A stretch of DNA of 63,894 nt, filler included, from Dirinaria sp. TL-2023a (Eukaryota): the NCBI GenBank assembly GCA_051941275.1. It is 22 parts of 22 records of this genome, joined end to end, with 100 filler letters (N's around TTAATTAATTAA, not from the genome) between each part and the next. Parts side by side here need not be neighbours in the genome. Positions count along the whole stretch, not along the records: positions 52,575 to 55,335 come from JAVEBF010002197.1; positions 55,436 to 58,189 come from JAVEBF010002198.1; positions 58,290 to 61,042 come from JAVEBF010002199.1; positions 61,143 to 63,894 come from JAVEBF010002200.1; 18 more parts are not named here. One strand, 5' to 3'. Under the pieces are notes generated by a model. That model was not told the origin of the DNA, made no database searches, and saw only the letters and a list, made by a program, of their open reading frames with translations. The position numbers and the translations under genes were made by a program. Below are positions 52,575-63,894 of the stretch, one piece after another. The stretch's first letter is position 1; every line of letters begins with the position of its first letter.

Positions 52575-53557
52575 CCCACCACCGCCGCCGCCGCCGCGAC
52601 CACCTCCCAACATACCAGCCAAGGACGCAAGATCCGGCATCCCGCCCGCTCCAGCACCTTCTTCTTTCGCGCTCTCATCATCAATATCGGCTTCTTCGGA
52701 AGTAGCTTTATCAGCTTCTTCTTTCTCCCTGGCTTCGAGCCGCGCTTTCGCCTTCTCGAGCGACATCTTCATCGTTTCCGTCCCGCCACCCCCTTCGTAC
52801 TCGATCCCCTTCTCATAAGCCTCCACGCTGCCCTTGGCATCATCGAGTGCCAGCCGCGCGAACCCCAAGCGGCTCCATCCCTTGGTATACTTCGGGTCCG
52901 CGGCGACGGCCATCTCGGCATCGGTCGACGCTTGCAGGTGCTTCTTGGCCTGGCTGTACGCGGCCGAGCGGTTGGAGAGGTAGATCGCGTTCGTCGGGCA
53001 CAGGTTGATCGCTTTCGTGTAGTTGTCGATGGCGCCTTGGAAGTCTTCCTTCCTCATGGCCGCGTTGCCATAGCTCTTGAACGTCTCGGCTTCGGCGTTC
53101 GGCGTGGATGATTCTGTGGTGTTGGTGCCGGACGTGTTTGGATGGGCTTCTTGGGCGCTGCTGCTGGTGGGATCAGTGGACGTGCTTGGAGCAGCTTCTT
53201 TGGTGCTGCTGCTGCTGGGACCGGCGGACTTGTTGCCTGTGCCTTTGGGGGGTTTGAGGCCGTCAAACACGCTGTAAATGCTCGCGAGGGACTGGCCGCC
53301 GGTGGCTTCTTTCATGACTTTCTCATCATTTGGTTCCACGTGGAAGATCTCGGCGATACATGTCTGCGCGACTTCGAAGCTGTCCTTGTCCTCGTGGCTG
53401 ATGGTGCCATCGTGGAAGCATTCCGACAGGAAGTCGATAATATGGAGAGCGAGGCGCTTCTTGGATTCTTGGCTTACTTGAGGGGCCTAGGCGAAGGGAA
53501 AAGTCAGTCGAGTGGGTTGGGTTGTGGGTAATCATCCACAGAGTAAAGCAATACCAT
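52575..53557 (-). CDS. SGT2: Sgt2/SGTA TPR co-chaperone, 3' truncated
   Basis: M/APQVSQESKKRLALHIIDFL dimerisation domain; TPRs AETFKSYGNAAM...YLSNRSAAYS...KGWSRLG; GGMPDLASL. Confidence 0.95.
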
Positions 53558-53871
53558 AGTCTCCCGATCCTTCACATCAGAAACAGTGATTATTGAATTG
53601 TTGAGTACTCTGTAGCCTCTGTTAGTGAGCTTTCTGAGCCGCATGGCCTGTTCATCCAGCTGCGGCATTCCGGGCAGCGTTCCGGGCGGCATTCCGGAAG
53701 ACAGCGCCGTTAGCGGCGGGTGATCGACAAAGCTTATTTCTATCCCTGGGTGCAAACCTGCAAAATCCCCCACTCGCGGGATCAAATCGATTAGATAAAG
53801 ATTTTCGACCGGCTTCCTTTCCAACTGCTGCTAAACTGCCCGCCTTTTGGTTTGGCGGAGAGGATGGCAAT

Positions 53872-54682
53872 ATGGGTCGAGATGAACAGATCGAGGAACG
53901 CGAGGTTCTGAGTTCTATATTCCCCGACGAAATCACCGGTGGGCCACTGTACCTGTTTTGGACACGCGCTTCGCTAAACCGGTGGAATTAAATCCGTCCA
54001 GATATCTCAGAGACCGCCTACCGGATTTCGATAGCATTGGACATTGCGAATTGGGAGGAGGATGCGGAGCCTCGTACTAGATCCCCAAAAATGATTGCAT
54101 GAAGCTTTTCTACATAGCTAAAGCCATCTTACAGCAACCGTCCTTCTCACAGTCTCCTACCCCCCATCCTACCCCGACACCGCGCCTGACCTGGACATCT
54201 CTCTCCCTCCCAATGCCCTTCCGGTCCCTCACCTTTCCGTATCTGCCGACAAGCAGCAACTCCTCTCCTCTCTCGAGCCTTCCATCTCCGAAAGCCTCGG
54301 CATGGCCATGATCTTCACTCTCGTCAGCACGCTCAAAGATAGTATCGAGCAGCTTATCGTCAAACGCCAGAGCGCCTTACAAGCGGCGAAAGATGCCGAG
54401 GCGCAAAAGGCTGAGGAAGCGGAGAATGCCAAGTTCCACGGTGAGGCCGTCACAAAGGAAAGCTTCTTGAAATGGAGGGAGAGGTTTCGGGCGGAGCTGG
54501 AGGAGAGGAGGTTGCAGGAGGAGAAGGAGAGGGAGGCGGAAGTTGGGAAGAAGAAGGGCGCGAAAGTGGAGGAGAAATTGACCGGGAAACAATTGTGGGA
54601 GAGGGGAATGGTTGGCAAGGTGGATGAGGAGGAGGATTTGGGCGAGGTAGATGGATTGGAAAGCCTGAGAGTCACCGAATAG
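53872..54682 (+). CDS. GIR2: RWD-domain protein Gir2/RWDD1 (3 exons)
   Basis: MGRDEQIEEREVLSSIFPDEI, YPPSYPDTAP, LGMAMIFTLVSTLKD, KFHGEAVTKESFLKWRERF, KLTGKQLWERG. Confidence 0.93.
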
Positions 54683-55110
54683 CGTTTTTCATGTGATTTG
54701 ATTCTTGAAAATACAGTAACGCATGGACTAGGAGAATGAGATCCGTTAAGTGCCATGGTCTGTGGAGCAGAGCCTAGATCGCATACTAAATTTGTGGGTG
54801 AGAGTCTGCCATGACTATTATAAGCCCTCAAGACCCATTCATGATTGCTTTCCGCAGATGTCAGACTAGGTTAAGTGCAAATTCCATGAAGTTTCCTCGG
54901 TCGGGCATTTGAAATCCCAGGCTTCACCACACTCTACTTTATGGTACTAGCGTTAGGGCATCGCTGTTAAGCGAGATAAGATAACTCTAATTCCTACAGC
55001 TCTCGGGGTTAAAAGGACGAGCTACAAAAATAATAAGATACAAAGCTACAGCCTCAAGTATCGTCTCCAATCCTACATCAGCACTCTATCTATTCCGCCC
55101 TGCCTCTATA

Positions 55111-55335
55111 ATGGCAAAAACCCGCCCCACAAACCGCTCCTCCAAGACCTCGCGCTCCAAAGCCGACCTCCTCCTGCACACGACGCAATCCCCGCGCAAA
55201 CCCAAAAGCAAACCTCCACCCTCTCCAACAACCCTGCTCGCCTCTGCCTCCACCCATCTGATCCAATCCGAGCCCCATCTCGCCCTGCCGCTCGCCCAGC
55301 GCGCCCTCAATCTGCTGCAACCTGCCTCTGCAATC
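55111..55335 (+). CDS. TPR protein N-terminus, Acl4-like (Rpl4 assembly chaperone), truncated
   Basis: A basic MAKTRP N-terminus is followed by PTTLLASASTHLIQSEPHLALPLAQRAL. Recognised by resemblance only. Confidence 0.5.
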
Positions 55336-55843
55336 NNNNNNNNNNNNNNNNNNNNNNNNNNNNNNNNNNNNNNNNNNNNTTAATTAATTAANNNNNNNNN
55401 NNNNNNNNNNNNNNNNNNNNNNNNNNNNNNNNNNNGTTTGGGGGAGGGTTTGAGTAGAGCGATGGACTTTGTCTCTGCTTGGTGATATCATTTGTATATA
55501 TTTTACTACAGGACAGAATATAAGGAAGGTAAGGAAGGTAAGGTACGAGTACCGCATGTATATCAGATACGACGGGCTATATCGCTGAACTTTTACTATA
55601 GATGGGATGACATTCGAAATATAAATCAATAGCGAAAGAAAAGAAAGAAATGAAATTCGTGTCTTGTATACATACATGTTGCCTAATTGCGGAAGACATG
55701 GGCCTTGGTAAAGAAAGGGGCCCCCTTCAATTCGCATCAGCCAGTCAGCCAGCCATTTAGAGTGTTTTCTCCCACTGATATCATTCTCTCCAGCCAAAAG
55801 CAAGCTAATCTTCCTGAAGCCCATTTCGTATCTTACGTACACT

Positions 55844-57730
55844 TTACAAAGTACACCCGCCTCTGTACCTAAGACACCACTCCATCTGCACCATCCCCGC
55901 TCCGATCCCCCTCGCCACCATCCTCTCTCTCCACTCCGCCAAGCGGCGCGTCGTATCCTTATCCGCCAACTTGCGTGGGAGACTCCACATCACTTCCGCC
56001 GCCGCCGCAGCGCGTGGCCATAGTGTCCCGTCCAGCGAAACACGGTCCGTTAATTCCCCCCAGAGATGGACTTCTCCGCCTGCGATCAGATGGCGGTGTT
56101 CGGGCAAGACGCCGTCTAAGGGGTTGTAGCTGTAGATATGGCGCCAGTTTTTGTAGGGGGTGCAGTAATCGAGGTAAGGCGGTTTGACGCTGCTGCGGTC
56201 TTGGTCCGAGGGGTGGGGATCTTTTTCTAGATGTGGATTGGGATCGAGGAACGAGCCGGCGCCGCAGTCGAGGTACCAGTGGCTGTTGGAGCCGAAGAGG
56301 GCGCGGTGGCCTTTTGCGAGCACGGCGTTGAGCGCGGATGCGGAGCGCCAGGTTTGCACTGTGACAGGTTTCGGTAGGGTTAGGTTCCATTCTAGAGACA
56401 TTTCTTCCCAGACGATAGGTTGGATGTTGTGGGATTCCGTTATTGAGAGGACGTGGTCGAGGAAGGATTGGAGGAGGGGTTGAAGCACGGTTGGTGATGA
56501 AGAGCGCACGGTCGGGTCGAGGGTGTAGAGGTGCGTGTTGAGTTCGTCGCCGCCGATGTGGAGCTTGGAACTCCAGCGAGAGGTTCGGGGAAGGAGGTCG
56601 TCTAGGAGAATCTTGAGGAAATCACGAACTTCGGAAGAGTTTAGCTTCAGTTGGCCCGCCGGAGGCTCCAACGCGAATTCCGACCAAGGCTCCTTATCCC
56701 CAGCGACAATCAGGTCAGGATACGCGTAGCCGATTGCTCGAGTGTGCCCCGGCAGATCGATTTCGATGAAGATCTCAACGCCGCGGTCGGACCCATAGCG
56801 CTGGACGTTCTCGAGGTCTGCAGTTGTCCATATTTGAGACGGGTCATACGCACCTTTGATGGCCAGGTCGGGAAGGCTGGGAATCTCCAATGGCCACGAT
56901 TGTGCGTCCACAGCATGGAGATGGAGGTGGTTAAGCTTGGTGGCAGCCATCGCGTCGATGGTCCGCATGACGTCGTCGGGGGGAATCCAATTTCGTGAAA
57001 TGTCCAGGTTCAAGCCACGGTGCTCGAACTCGGGACTATCTCTGATTAGTACAGGCGCATATGGGCTGTAGAGCTCAGTTGAAGTCTGACTATGGGTGAA
57101 GAACAGTTGAGAAAAAGTCTCGAGTGCGTGCAGGCCGCCTTGAGGGGAGGTTATTTCAATGATTGCTCTACCGTCTTCATCCACCTTGATGGAGTAGGCT
57201 TCTGGGTTCCGAAAGCGAGTGGAAGATGAAGAAGTGAAAGTTTTGACTTCCTTGATAACAATTACTTCCACCATCGGATGATTAGGAGAGTCCTTGTCTG
57301 GTTCAAAATCTGCATTTCTAGGATGGAATTTTCGGGGTACAAAACAGTGTTCCATGAGGTTCCATTTCATGCGTTCAAAGGCGTCTTGAAGCCACTTTTC
57401 CGAGATTAGGCCAGCCTTTTTAGAAAATTTGACTGTCGGTTGAGAAGTGATGTTCAGGGTCAATGGACTTTCTATGCCTAGTCTTGCGAGTCCAGGTATA
57501 TCTCCAAGAGCTACTCCAGCGAACTCAGAGATCTCTCGAACTTTGTCCCACAGCCACTGAGCCGGCTGCGATGAGTATTGCAGAGGCTCGTAGACCATCT
57601 GAAGATCTGAAGTGAGCCAAACTGTAGATGAGCCATGATAGTATTCTTGCGGCGCCGGCCATATAGCATGGACTTTAAAGCGAAGACAAGATATCCATAA
57701 CAGAGCTACTGAAGGAAAAGCCCACATCAT
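55844..57730 (-). CDS. Secreted beta-N-acetylhexosaminidase (GH20)
   Basis: Signal peptide, IWPAP, HRGLNLDISRN, EIDLPGHT, HIGGDE catalytic pair, WYLDCG, GGEVHLWGE, WPRAAAAAE. Confidence 0.96.
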   Translation of the reverse strand: MMWAFPSVALLWISCLRFKVHAIWPAPQEYYHGSSTVWLTSDLQMVYEPLQYSSQPAQWLWDKVREISEFAGVALGDIPGLARLGIESPLTLNITSQPTVKFSKKAGLISEKWLQDAFERMKWNLMEHCFVPRKFHPRNADFEPDKDSPNHPMVEVIVIKEVKTFTSSSSTRFRNPEAYSIKVDEDGRAIIEITSPQGGLHALETFSQLFFTHSQTSTELYSPYAPVLIRDSPEFEHRGLNLDISRNWIPPDDVMRTIDAMAATKLNHLHLHAVDAQSWPLEIPSLPDLAIKGAYDPSQIWTTADLENVQRYGSDRGVEIFIEIDLPGHTRAIGYAYPDLIVAGDKEPWSEFALEPPAGQLKLNSSEVRDFLKILLDDLLPRTSRWSSKLHIGGDELNTHLYTLDPTVRSSSPTVLQPLLQSFLDHVLSITESHNIQPIVWEEMSLEWNLTLPKPVTVQTWRSASALNAVLAKGHRALFGSNSHWYLDCGAGSFLDPNPHLEKDPHPSDQDRSSVKPPYLDYCTPYKNWRHIYSYNPLDGVLPEHRHLIAGGEVHLWGELTDRVSLDGTLWPRAAAAAEVMWSLPRKLADKDTTRRLAEWRERMVARGIGAGMVQMEWCLRYRGGCTL

Positions 57731-58759
57731 GTGGAGAAGTGGAGGGTATAGTGGGCATGATATACTTGGAGTAGTGAGGGAAAGTGGAAGCTGACTGTTC
57801 AGCCCATGGTCTTTGAATTGGAAGTCTGCAAGGAACCAGAAGATACAAGAATTTGGAGAGCCTAACTTGATCAGGGTTCTTGAAAGAGGTTTGTTCAGTG
57901 TTCGCCGTTAATAGGAGAAGAAAGCACCAGATATTCCAAATCGAATCACAATTCACTGAAATACAGTAAGGTGGAAGCATGTGAGCTCACTTACTGAACC
58001 TAGCCCGATCGAGGTTTTTCAAAGTGGTTTGTTCAGTATCCGCCGCTGCAGCCCGACAGAAAAACACTGACCGGAACACAAATCTTCCTTAGCTTCACAC
58101 TAGAGCCCCACAGGTCTAACCCAAATAAGGTTTTACAAGGAAAACTGTTCAAAGGTTTGCCGACACGGTCCGACAACATTCCGACGAAANNNNNNNNNNN
58201 NNNNNNNNNNNNNNNNNNNNNNNNNNNNNNNNNTTAATTAATTAANNNNNNNNNNNNNNNNNNNNNNNNNNNNNNNNNNNNNNNNNNNNTCTCTGAACGG
58301 ACATGTCTGGCATATTGTCGACCCAGCTGCGAAATGGGCAATTTGCGCCGCCGCAATGATTAACTGGAATTCGCTCGAAAAGTTGTTGATGGGCCTATGC
58401 AAAATACTTTAGGAATCAGGTACACATCTGACCTCATTTCAGGTTTAATCTGGAGAAATGTCGGCGAAACAGATACGCCGAGATTCCGAAGCCAATGCCA
58501 AGAATGCTTCACAATGCCAGGTACTCGTAGATCGTATCAACGAGGAGCATACCACCCATTCGATGTTAAAGCTGTGCAGTTGCACAGCTCCAAAGCTGTC
58601 AACCTAGCGTCGAATGCTGCGCTGGAGAGGCTCCGTAGCATAACAATATTCTCGCATTACAATATTCTCGCATTCTTTGAGATCCTGCTGGTAATCTGGT
58701 GCACATCGTCTACCCCCGATGCCAGACCCGTGAAGCGGTACTTTTGTCTAGACTACACA

Positions 58760-59821
58760 ATGGCTACAATAGTCGAAGGCCAAAAATTTCCGAGCCTTCA
58801 AAGCTTCAAAGAAGCTCTTCGAGAATGGGCCGTTGAGAAAAACTTCACGCCGCACATACTTGATAGCGACAGAACACGTGTTCGTGCTGGCTGCAGAAGC
58901 GCACCAGATTGCCCCTTCAAAATCCGAGTTAATCACAATAGTAAGCTCGGGTACGCTCGAGTCACGACAGTAGAAGACGTTCATACGTGTGCTGCCAGTA
59001 CCGGTCAGCTTGTACCGCAAAATATCAAAAGAGCCGAGACAGCGAAAGTATCGTTCCTTGTAAAGGCTATTCCGCAGCTACTAGAGGTAACCAAATCAAC
59101 TTCAGTCAGTCGCATTGTTGAGGTCGTGGAGGAGAAGTATGGCCAAAAAATTGCAGATAGGCAGGCGCAGAAGGTAAAACGATTGCTCTGTAGCAGGCCT
59201 TGCAGATACTGTCATCAACTCGGTCATTCGGTTAGATGCTGTCCACAGCGTCCGGCTCAGTTGAACCCCGACGAGGTGAATGGAGCGGATGCCGAAGCGG
59301 ACAGCGATCCCGGCGAGTGGGTTAACAGGAGAGTTCACTGTCAGGTGTGCTCCAAGACTGGTCACAATCGCAAAAATTGCCCCGATTCAGCCAGCATCGA
59401 CCCTGCCAGCCAAGATGTAACGATGATCGAGGAGCAGCTTAAGATGGCAGCTTATGCTCCTGCTTTGCCTCCTAATCCACCGAGCAGTACCAGTGTCCCA
59501 GTGGATCCTCAGATCGAAGACAATGAACCGGCCCCTGCACCCCGACAGCTTTCTGTCTCAGGAGGCTCTCTACCGTCGAATAGGTCAATGGATGGTTCTT
59601 CAGGGCTACCAAATTCTCTACCGTCCAGACCGTCTTCTGAGCCAAGACCTTTACAGCAAGCAATCAACGCGCAGCTGGCTAGGCCTACACCACACCAGAA
59701 TACACCTCAAAATCCTAAATTAGAAGCTGCTCGATTGATGCAGCAAGCAGCAAGATTGATGCAGGAAGCCGCGAGGCTGAATTTCGAGGCTGCGAGACTC
59801 ACCGCATCCGCGGTAGATTGA
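58760..59821 (+). CDS. Mutator/MuDR N-terminal domain plus two CCHC zinc knuckles, no DDE domain
   Basis: GQKFPSLQSFKEALREWAV...SDRTRVRAGC...CPFKIR...HTC (MuDR DNA-binding zinc domain); CRYCHQLGHSVRCC and CQVCSKTGHNRKNC; EAARLMQ heptads at the C-terminus. Confidence 0.8.
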   Translation: MATIVEGQKFPSLQSFKEALREWAVEKNFTPHILDSDRTRVRAGCRSAPDCPFKIRVNHNSKLGYARVTTVEDVHTCAASTGQLVPQNIKRAETAKVSFLVKAIPQLLEVTKSTSVSRIVEVVEEKYGQKIADRQAQKVKRLLCSRPCRYCHQLGHSVRCCPQRPAQLNPDEVNGADAEADSDPGEWVNRRVHCQVCSKTGHNRKNCPDSASIDPASQDVTMIEEQLKMAAYAPALPPNPPSSTSVPVDPQIEDNEPAPAPRQLSVSGGSLPSNRSMDGSSGLPNSLPSRPSSEPRPLQQAINAQLARPTPHQNTPQNPKLEAARLMQQAARLMQEAARLNFEAARLTASAVD

Positions 59822-62800
59822 AGGCCTCGTTTCCTGTATACCCGCTATTGCTTTCCATCTATAGTCCGCGGGCATCTGAAGTGAAGGGGGATCTAGGACG
59901 ACCAAATCTTTTAGCCGATAACTTAAAAGAATGGATCCTCATGTGCCGCATCCGATATTGCCCAGCCATACTTAAAATTAACGCGAGCTTAATTAGATTG
60001 AAACTCGGTCAGCTATATGTCTGGCGTACGTAAGGCTTCTTAAATGGCTCAAAAATATGACATCTTCGCTAACCGAGCCCCTTAGGCAATTGCTACGAGC
60101 AGCACCAGAAATATACGGTGCACTTAGGCTACTAGATTGTCCAGACTGCATTTGAATTAACAAGGTCCAATTATCTAGACGACATTTACCTCAACAGATT
60201 AGTCATATTTTCGCGAATTGAGGTAGATCAAAGCCCAAGGATGCTGAGTATGGATCATTGCGAGAGAAAGCAATACGTTTTTTCTTACCAAGGATGTCGG
60301 ACACTCACATTGATGGGTTTGTATAACGTGTGTTAATGAGGAGAACTCTGAGGCCAGTTTTCGGCAATGGTAGCTCACTCTCACGTTCGATGGACAAGGA
60401 TGAAAAGCAAATCGACTCATGTCTGCGACAGCTACTTTACGTACTTGAATCATGACACGATTTTGGCTAGCTTTCGGACTAGCACAGTGGGCCCATATCC
60501 GTAGCACGCGGATGAAGGGCGGTTACTGAGGTAGCTTTAAAGAGATACCTTAAGGAAGTGGTAGTATCTTGGGTAAGGTAGGTACGCTGACCTACCTTTA
60601 CCTTATGTAAGGTTCCATGCACCTAGGTAGTGAAGTAGATACCTTGAATAATTGGATTACAGTACTATAACGTTGGGCGAAGGGGCGGATCTAGATTAGA
60701 TATGATAAGATTCTGGGTGTTTTCTTACCTTACTCTGGTGTAGGTAACCCTTGGCTTAAGTTTCCTACCTACATGTACCTTACCTTACCTTAGCCACCTA
60801 ACGTCACTGTTCAAGCTTCCGGACTTTATGGAATCTCGCCCACATCTAGCAATCAAGAAACTCTCACAGTTTCAAACCAGCTTTGACATATTTCTGCCAC
60901 CATAGGTTTCCAAATACTAAGAGCGTCTCGTCGATTTGCTTTGCACTCTAATTCGCTTCGTTCTTCTTCGAGGAGACCCTACTACACTCGAATTGCGCAC
61001 GAAGCGAACATGGCGACTCTGGGAGTGTATGAAAAGAGACATNNNNNNNNNNNNNNNNNNNNNNNNNNNNNNNNNNNNNNNNNNNNTTAATTAATTAANN
61101 NNNNNNNNNNNNNNNNNNNNNNNNNNNNNNNNNNNNNNNNNNTCGTGTTTGTGTGGTGTGACGCTGGAAAATTCGGTGAAGGCAAGGGTTGGGGTTGTGG
61201 AAGCCAGCAGCAGAGGGAGAAGGAAACCCAAAAAAAAAAAAGGTTCCTAGGTATTTTCCAATAATGCGGTTTCAAAACCCTCCTGCCCGCGTCACTGGTG
61301 TTAAGGTAAGGTACAGTACCTTACAAGCAACAGCAACAGCCAGAATAATTCCTCCTCACGACCAACAAGCCGTTCCACGCGTTGATCGCGATTGATGACT
61401 TTGATGTTTCGGGTAATTGTATGGCACTGGCGCAGGTGTGCCCTGTAACTGTACTCGCTTATGGCAGAGGGGCGCGCTGAGTGACGCGCTTGCAAAGGCG
61501 ACAGTAGTGGGGATGGGGACTAGGGGAGGGATGGACTGCTGAGCCAGAGCAAGAAGGGAATAATGGCCCTCTTAGGGTGCCAGCAGCAGACTACTGGGAC
61601 CAGCAACAAAAAGGACTGTCGTCCCGATAGCGGGAGATGGCGATGGGAAATCTGGGAGTTCGGTAGAGCAATGCCGTAAGCGTGGTACACTAGCGGTGTA
61701 GTGGGTGTGTAATGGGTGCGTAGTGGGTGTGGTGTGGGTGTGGAGGGTGTGCAAGTGTAGGGTTGCGATTGGGGGAAAGAAATGTTGAAGAGGGTCGTGA
61801 CGAGAGACTGGCGAAAGAGTAAAAAGGGAGTCAAGGGACGGACTGGACGCCGCTCGCCTTAGCGTGCCTGCCTAGATCGATCTCACTTTCGTTTCTTAAA
61901 ATTGAATGTTTACGGACGACGGTCTTGGTAAGCTTTCGAGGCACGGCAAAGGCAAATAATCATAATACCAACGTTTAACCTTTTTGCGATACAGTGCTAA
62001 GTCATTAAGCTGTCTTAAGCTGCTCATTAGTGGCCCCTTTAGTGGTCTCTTTACTGTAGTGGCCCCTTTAGCGGTCCCACACGCAACCTGCTTCACCTTA
62101 GTCGTGTAAGCTCCACCTGTCGGCAACTTTCCTGCGCAGTGGTAATTGGTATTTGTGCTACTCGTGCTTGGCTCCTGGCTGGCTTTTTTCGCGGCTATGG
62201 AATATGGATGGAGCCAAGAGAATTCCACTAAGGTAAACCGTACGTAGGTAAGACTGCGCCGACTCCGCCGAGCTTGAGGGGTAAACACCAGGGGGGAGGG
62301 AAGGAAGCTAGTGTGTTGCAAAGCGAGGTTGGAAAACGTTCACGACACTTCAAGAGGCATGCAGCTAACGACTTGGGCAGCAGCCAGACAGCGCGTGATT
62401 ATTGGTAAGGCTCTCAAGAGCGACAGCCGCTCCCCGAGCGAAACGACCTGTAAGTCGTAACTGGTAATTATTGCTCTTCCATCATTACCATCATTATTGA
62501 CGTTGACCTCCACTCACAGCACCCTCACACGCCCCAAACAGGCGGGCTTGAGCAAATGGAAAAGCAAGGTAAGGTAATGTACGTAAGATGTCATGCTTTA
62601 TCGCTTCCTGCGCGCCCCGTGATCATCATCAGCGTGTTTCCTTTGGGCAGGAATCACGCGGCCGACTTGACCGTTGCTGCGGGCACGTAATCACATTCAC
62701 CGCCTCGACTCCAATCAAACCATTTGAATAATCAATCTTATTGTGTCTGTGGCGTCACAGTTATGCAGCATTGAATATTCCCACGCAAATGGACTGCTGG

Positions 62801-63081
62801 CGCCTAGTGCTTTTCCACTTTCCACTTTCCAGATACCGAGCGCTCCACTTGCGCCTCCAGCCGATTTGTTACCTTCACCGCCCCCAGCAGGCCAGCACCT
62901 CATCTGCCACATTGATTGTTATTCCCGTGGACAAGCAAGCGATAGGAGGCAGAACAGCCGGGAATGGGGGAATGGGGGAATCATAATGGGTGATAGTGTA
63001 ATGGAGGTTGTTACCTTACCTTATTGTTGTTAAGTACTTTACGATCTTACAAGGGACAGGCGGCGGGGGAATGTCCGCATA

Positions 63082-63113
63082 CAGTCCAGTCCAGTACAGT
63101 CCAGTCCAGTCCA
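63082..63113 (+). repeat. (CAGTC)n microsatellite
   Basis: Directly visible imperfect pentamer run. Confidence 0.8.
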
Positions 63114-63894
63114 ATTCAGCTCGGTTACATGTGCCGATGAGGGGTTCATCTTGGTAGGAAGCTTGGATAGTACAGTACTATTTATTGAAAAGCTTCTTCG
63201 ATTGGGCGCATGGGATGAGGGGTTGAATGGCTGAGGATTCGTTCAAGGCCCCCAATGTTGAATCATCACTCCTGTTATCGCCCCCGTACAAAGTACGAGT
63301 ACATACTTCTGAATATTATTACCTTCAAATGACGAGCAGGGACAGCTGGAGCGTATCCCCAAAAATCCCCTTTCGGGCTTCTAAAATCCTCCACCCCGCG
63401 CGTACATGTCAAAAGGTAGTGAGTCTCGGGTTCCACACACGCCCACTGGCCTGTCTCATGGCTTGCTGCCAGGTCTCGGAGATTTCGCCGTTGAGTCGTG
63501 GTTACTCGCTGCGCTGTTCATGAAGTTACGCATATTCGTGCTGCCGATGGGCGTCATGCAGCCTTGAAAATCTTTGATCATATCCGCTCGTCCAATGGCA
63601 GCGAAAAGGGCAGTATCGACTAAAGCTGGGATGTCTCTTGTTGAGGCAGCTCGCGGTCATCCAACATCCAAGCGTGCATGCTGCGCTGCAACATCGCCTA
63701 GGCTCTCCCGAGCGGCATGTTGCCGTCCCCCAATTGTTTGGACATTCACGGTAACACCCCCGTGGCACCTGGTTGCGTGTGACGAAGGTCGAAGTGGGTA
63801 AGGAAAGAATGCCGCGATAAGAGTGGTAGGCGCCGGTGGTTGCTGGCAATGTTCGGCCTATCTCGCCCTGATGCTCTTGTAATTAGGTAATAGA

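Noticed and set aside
61010..61042. Gene start MATLGVYEKRH at the contig end
   Set aside because: Eleven codons are too few to assign.
61160..61280. RNase P RNA (GGAAAATTCGGTG resembles CR-I)
   Set aside because: No matching CR-V/P4 partner or supporting helices were found.

Overview
This is eukaryotic (filamentous ascomycete) DNA and is not one locus. It is a pseudo-scaffold of 22 unrelated contigs of about 2.75-2.87 kb, ordered by decreasing length and joined by 100-nt N/TTAATTAATTAA/N linkers, so adjacency across linkers means nothing. A lichen-forming fungus is plausible, but that is inference only. Recognisable genes, many spliced and several truncated by contig ends: kelch-repeat protein, Dal5-type MFS permease, PPCDC/HAL3 flavoprotein, cohesin Scc3, MFAP1, Clr5-domain protein, Tlg2, calmodulin, WW-domain Wwm1-like protein, MCT-type MFS, Rps21, an McrA-like Zn2Cys6 factor, Sgt2, Gir2, Acl4-like protein and a GH20 hexosaminidase. 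Degenerate sequences: a dynamin, a 2-hydroxyacid dehydrogenase, an NCS1 permease and a LINE fragment. Most notable: (1) a full U1 snRNA cloverleaf with a non-canonical U1-70K loop, head-to-head with MFAP1; (2) a three-exon secreted RNase T1-like protein lacking the catalytic residues (RALPH-like); (3) RIP-like mutations concentrated at CpC rather than CpA; (4) two divergent paralogous secreted proteins on one contig; (5) a tandem array of exon+intron units; (6) a Mutator-derived zinc-knuckle protein with no DDE domain. All family calls come from motif recognition by eye; no searches were run.
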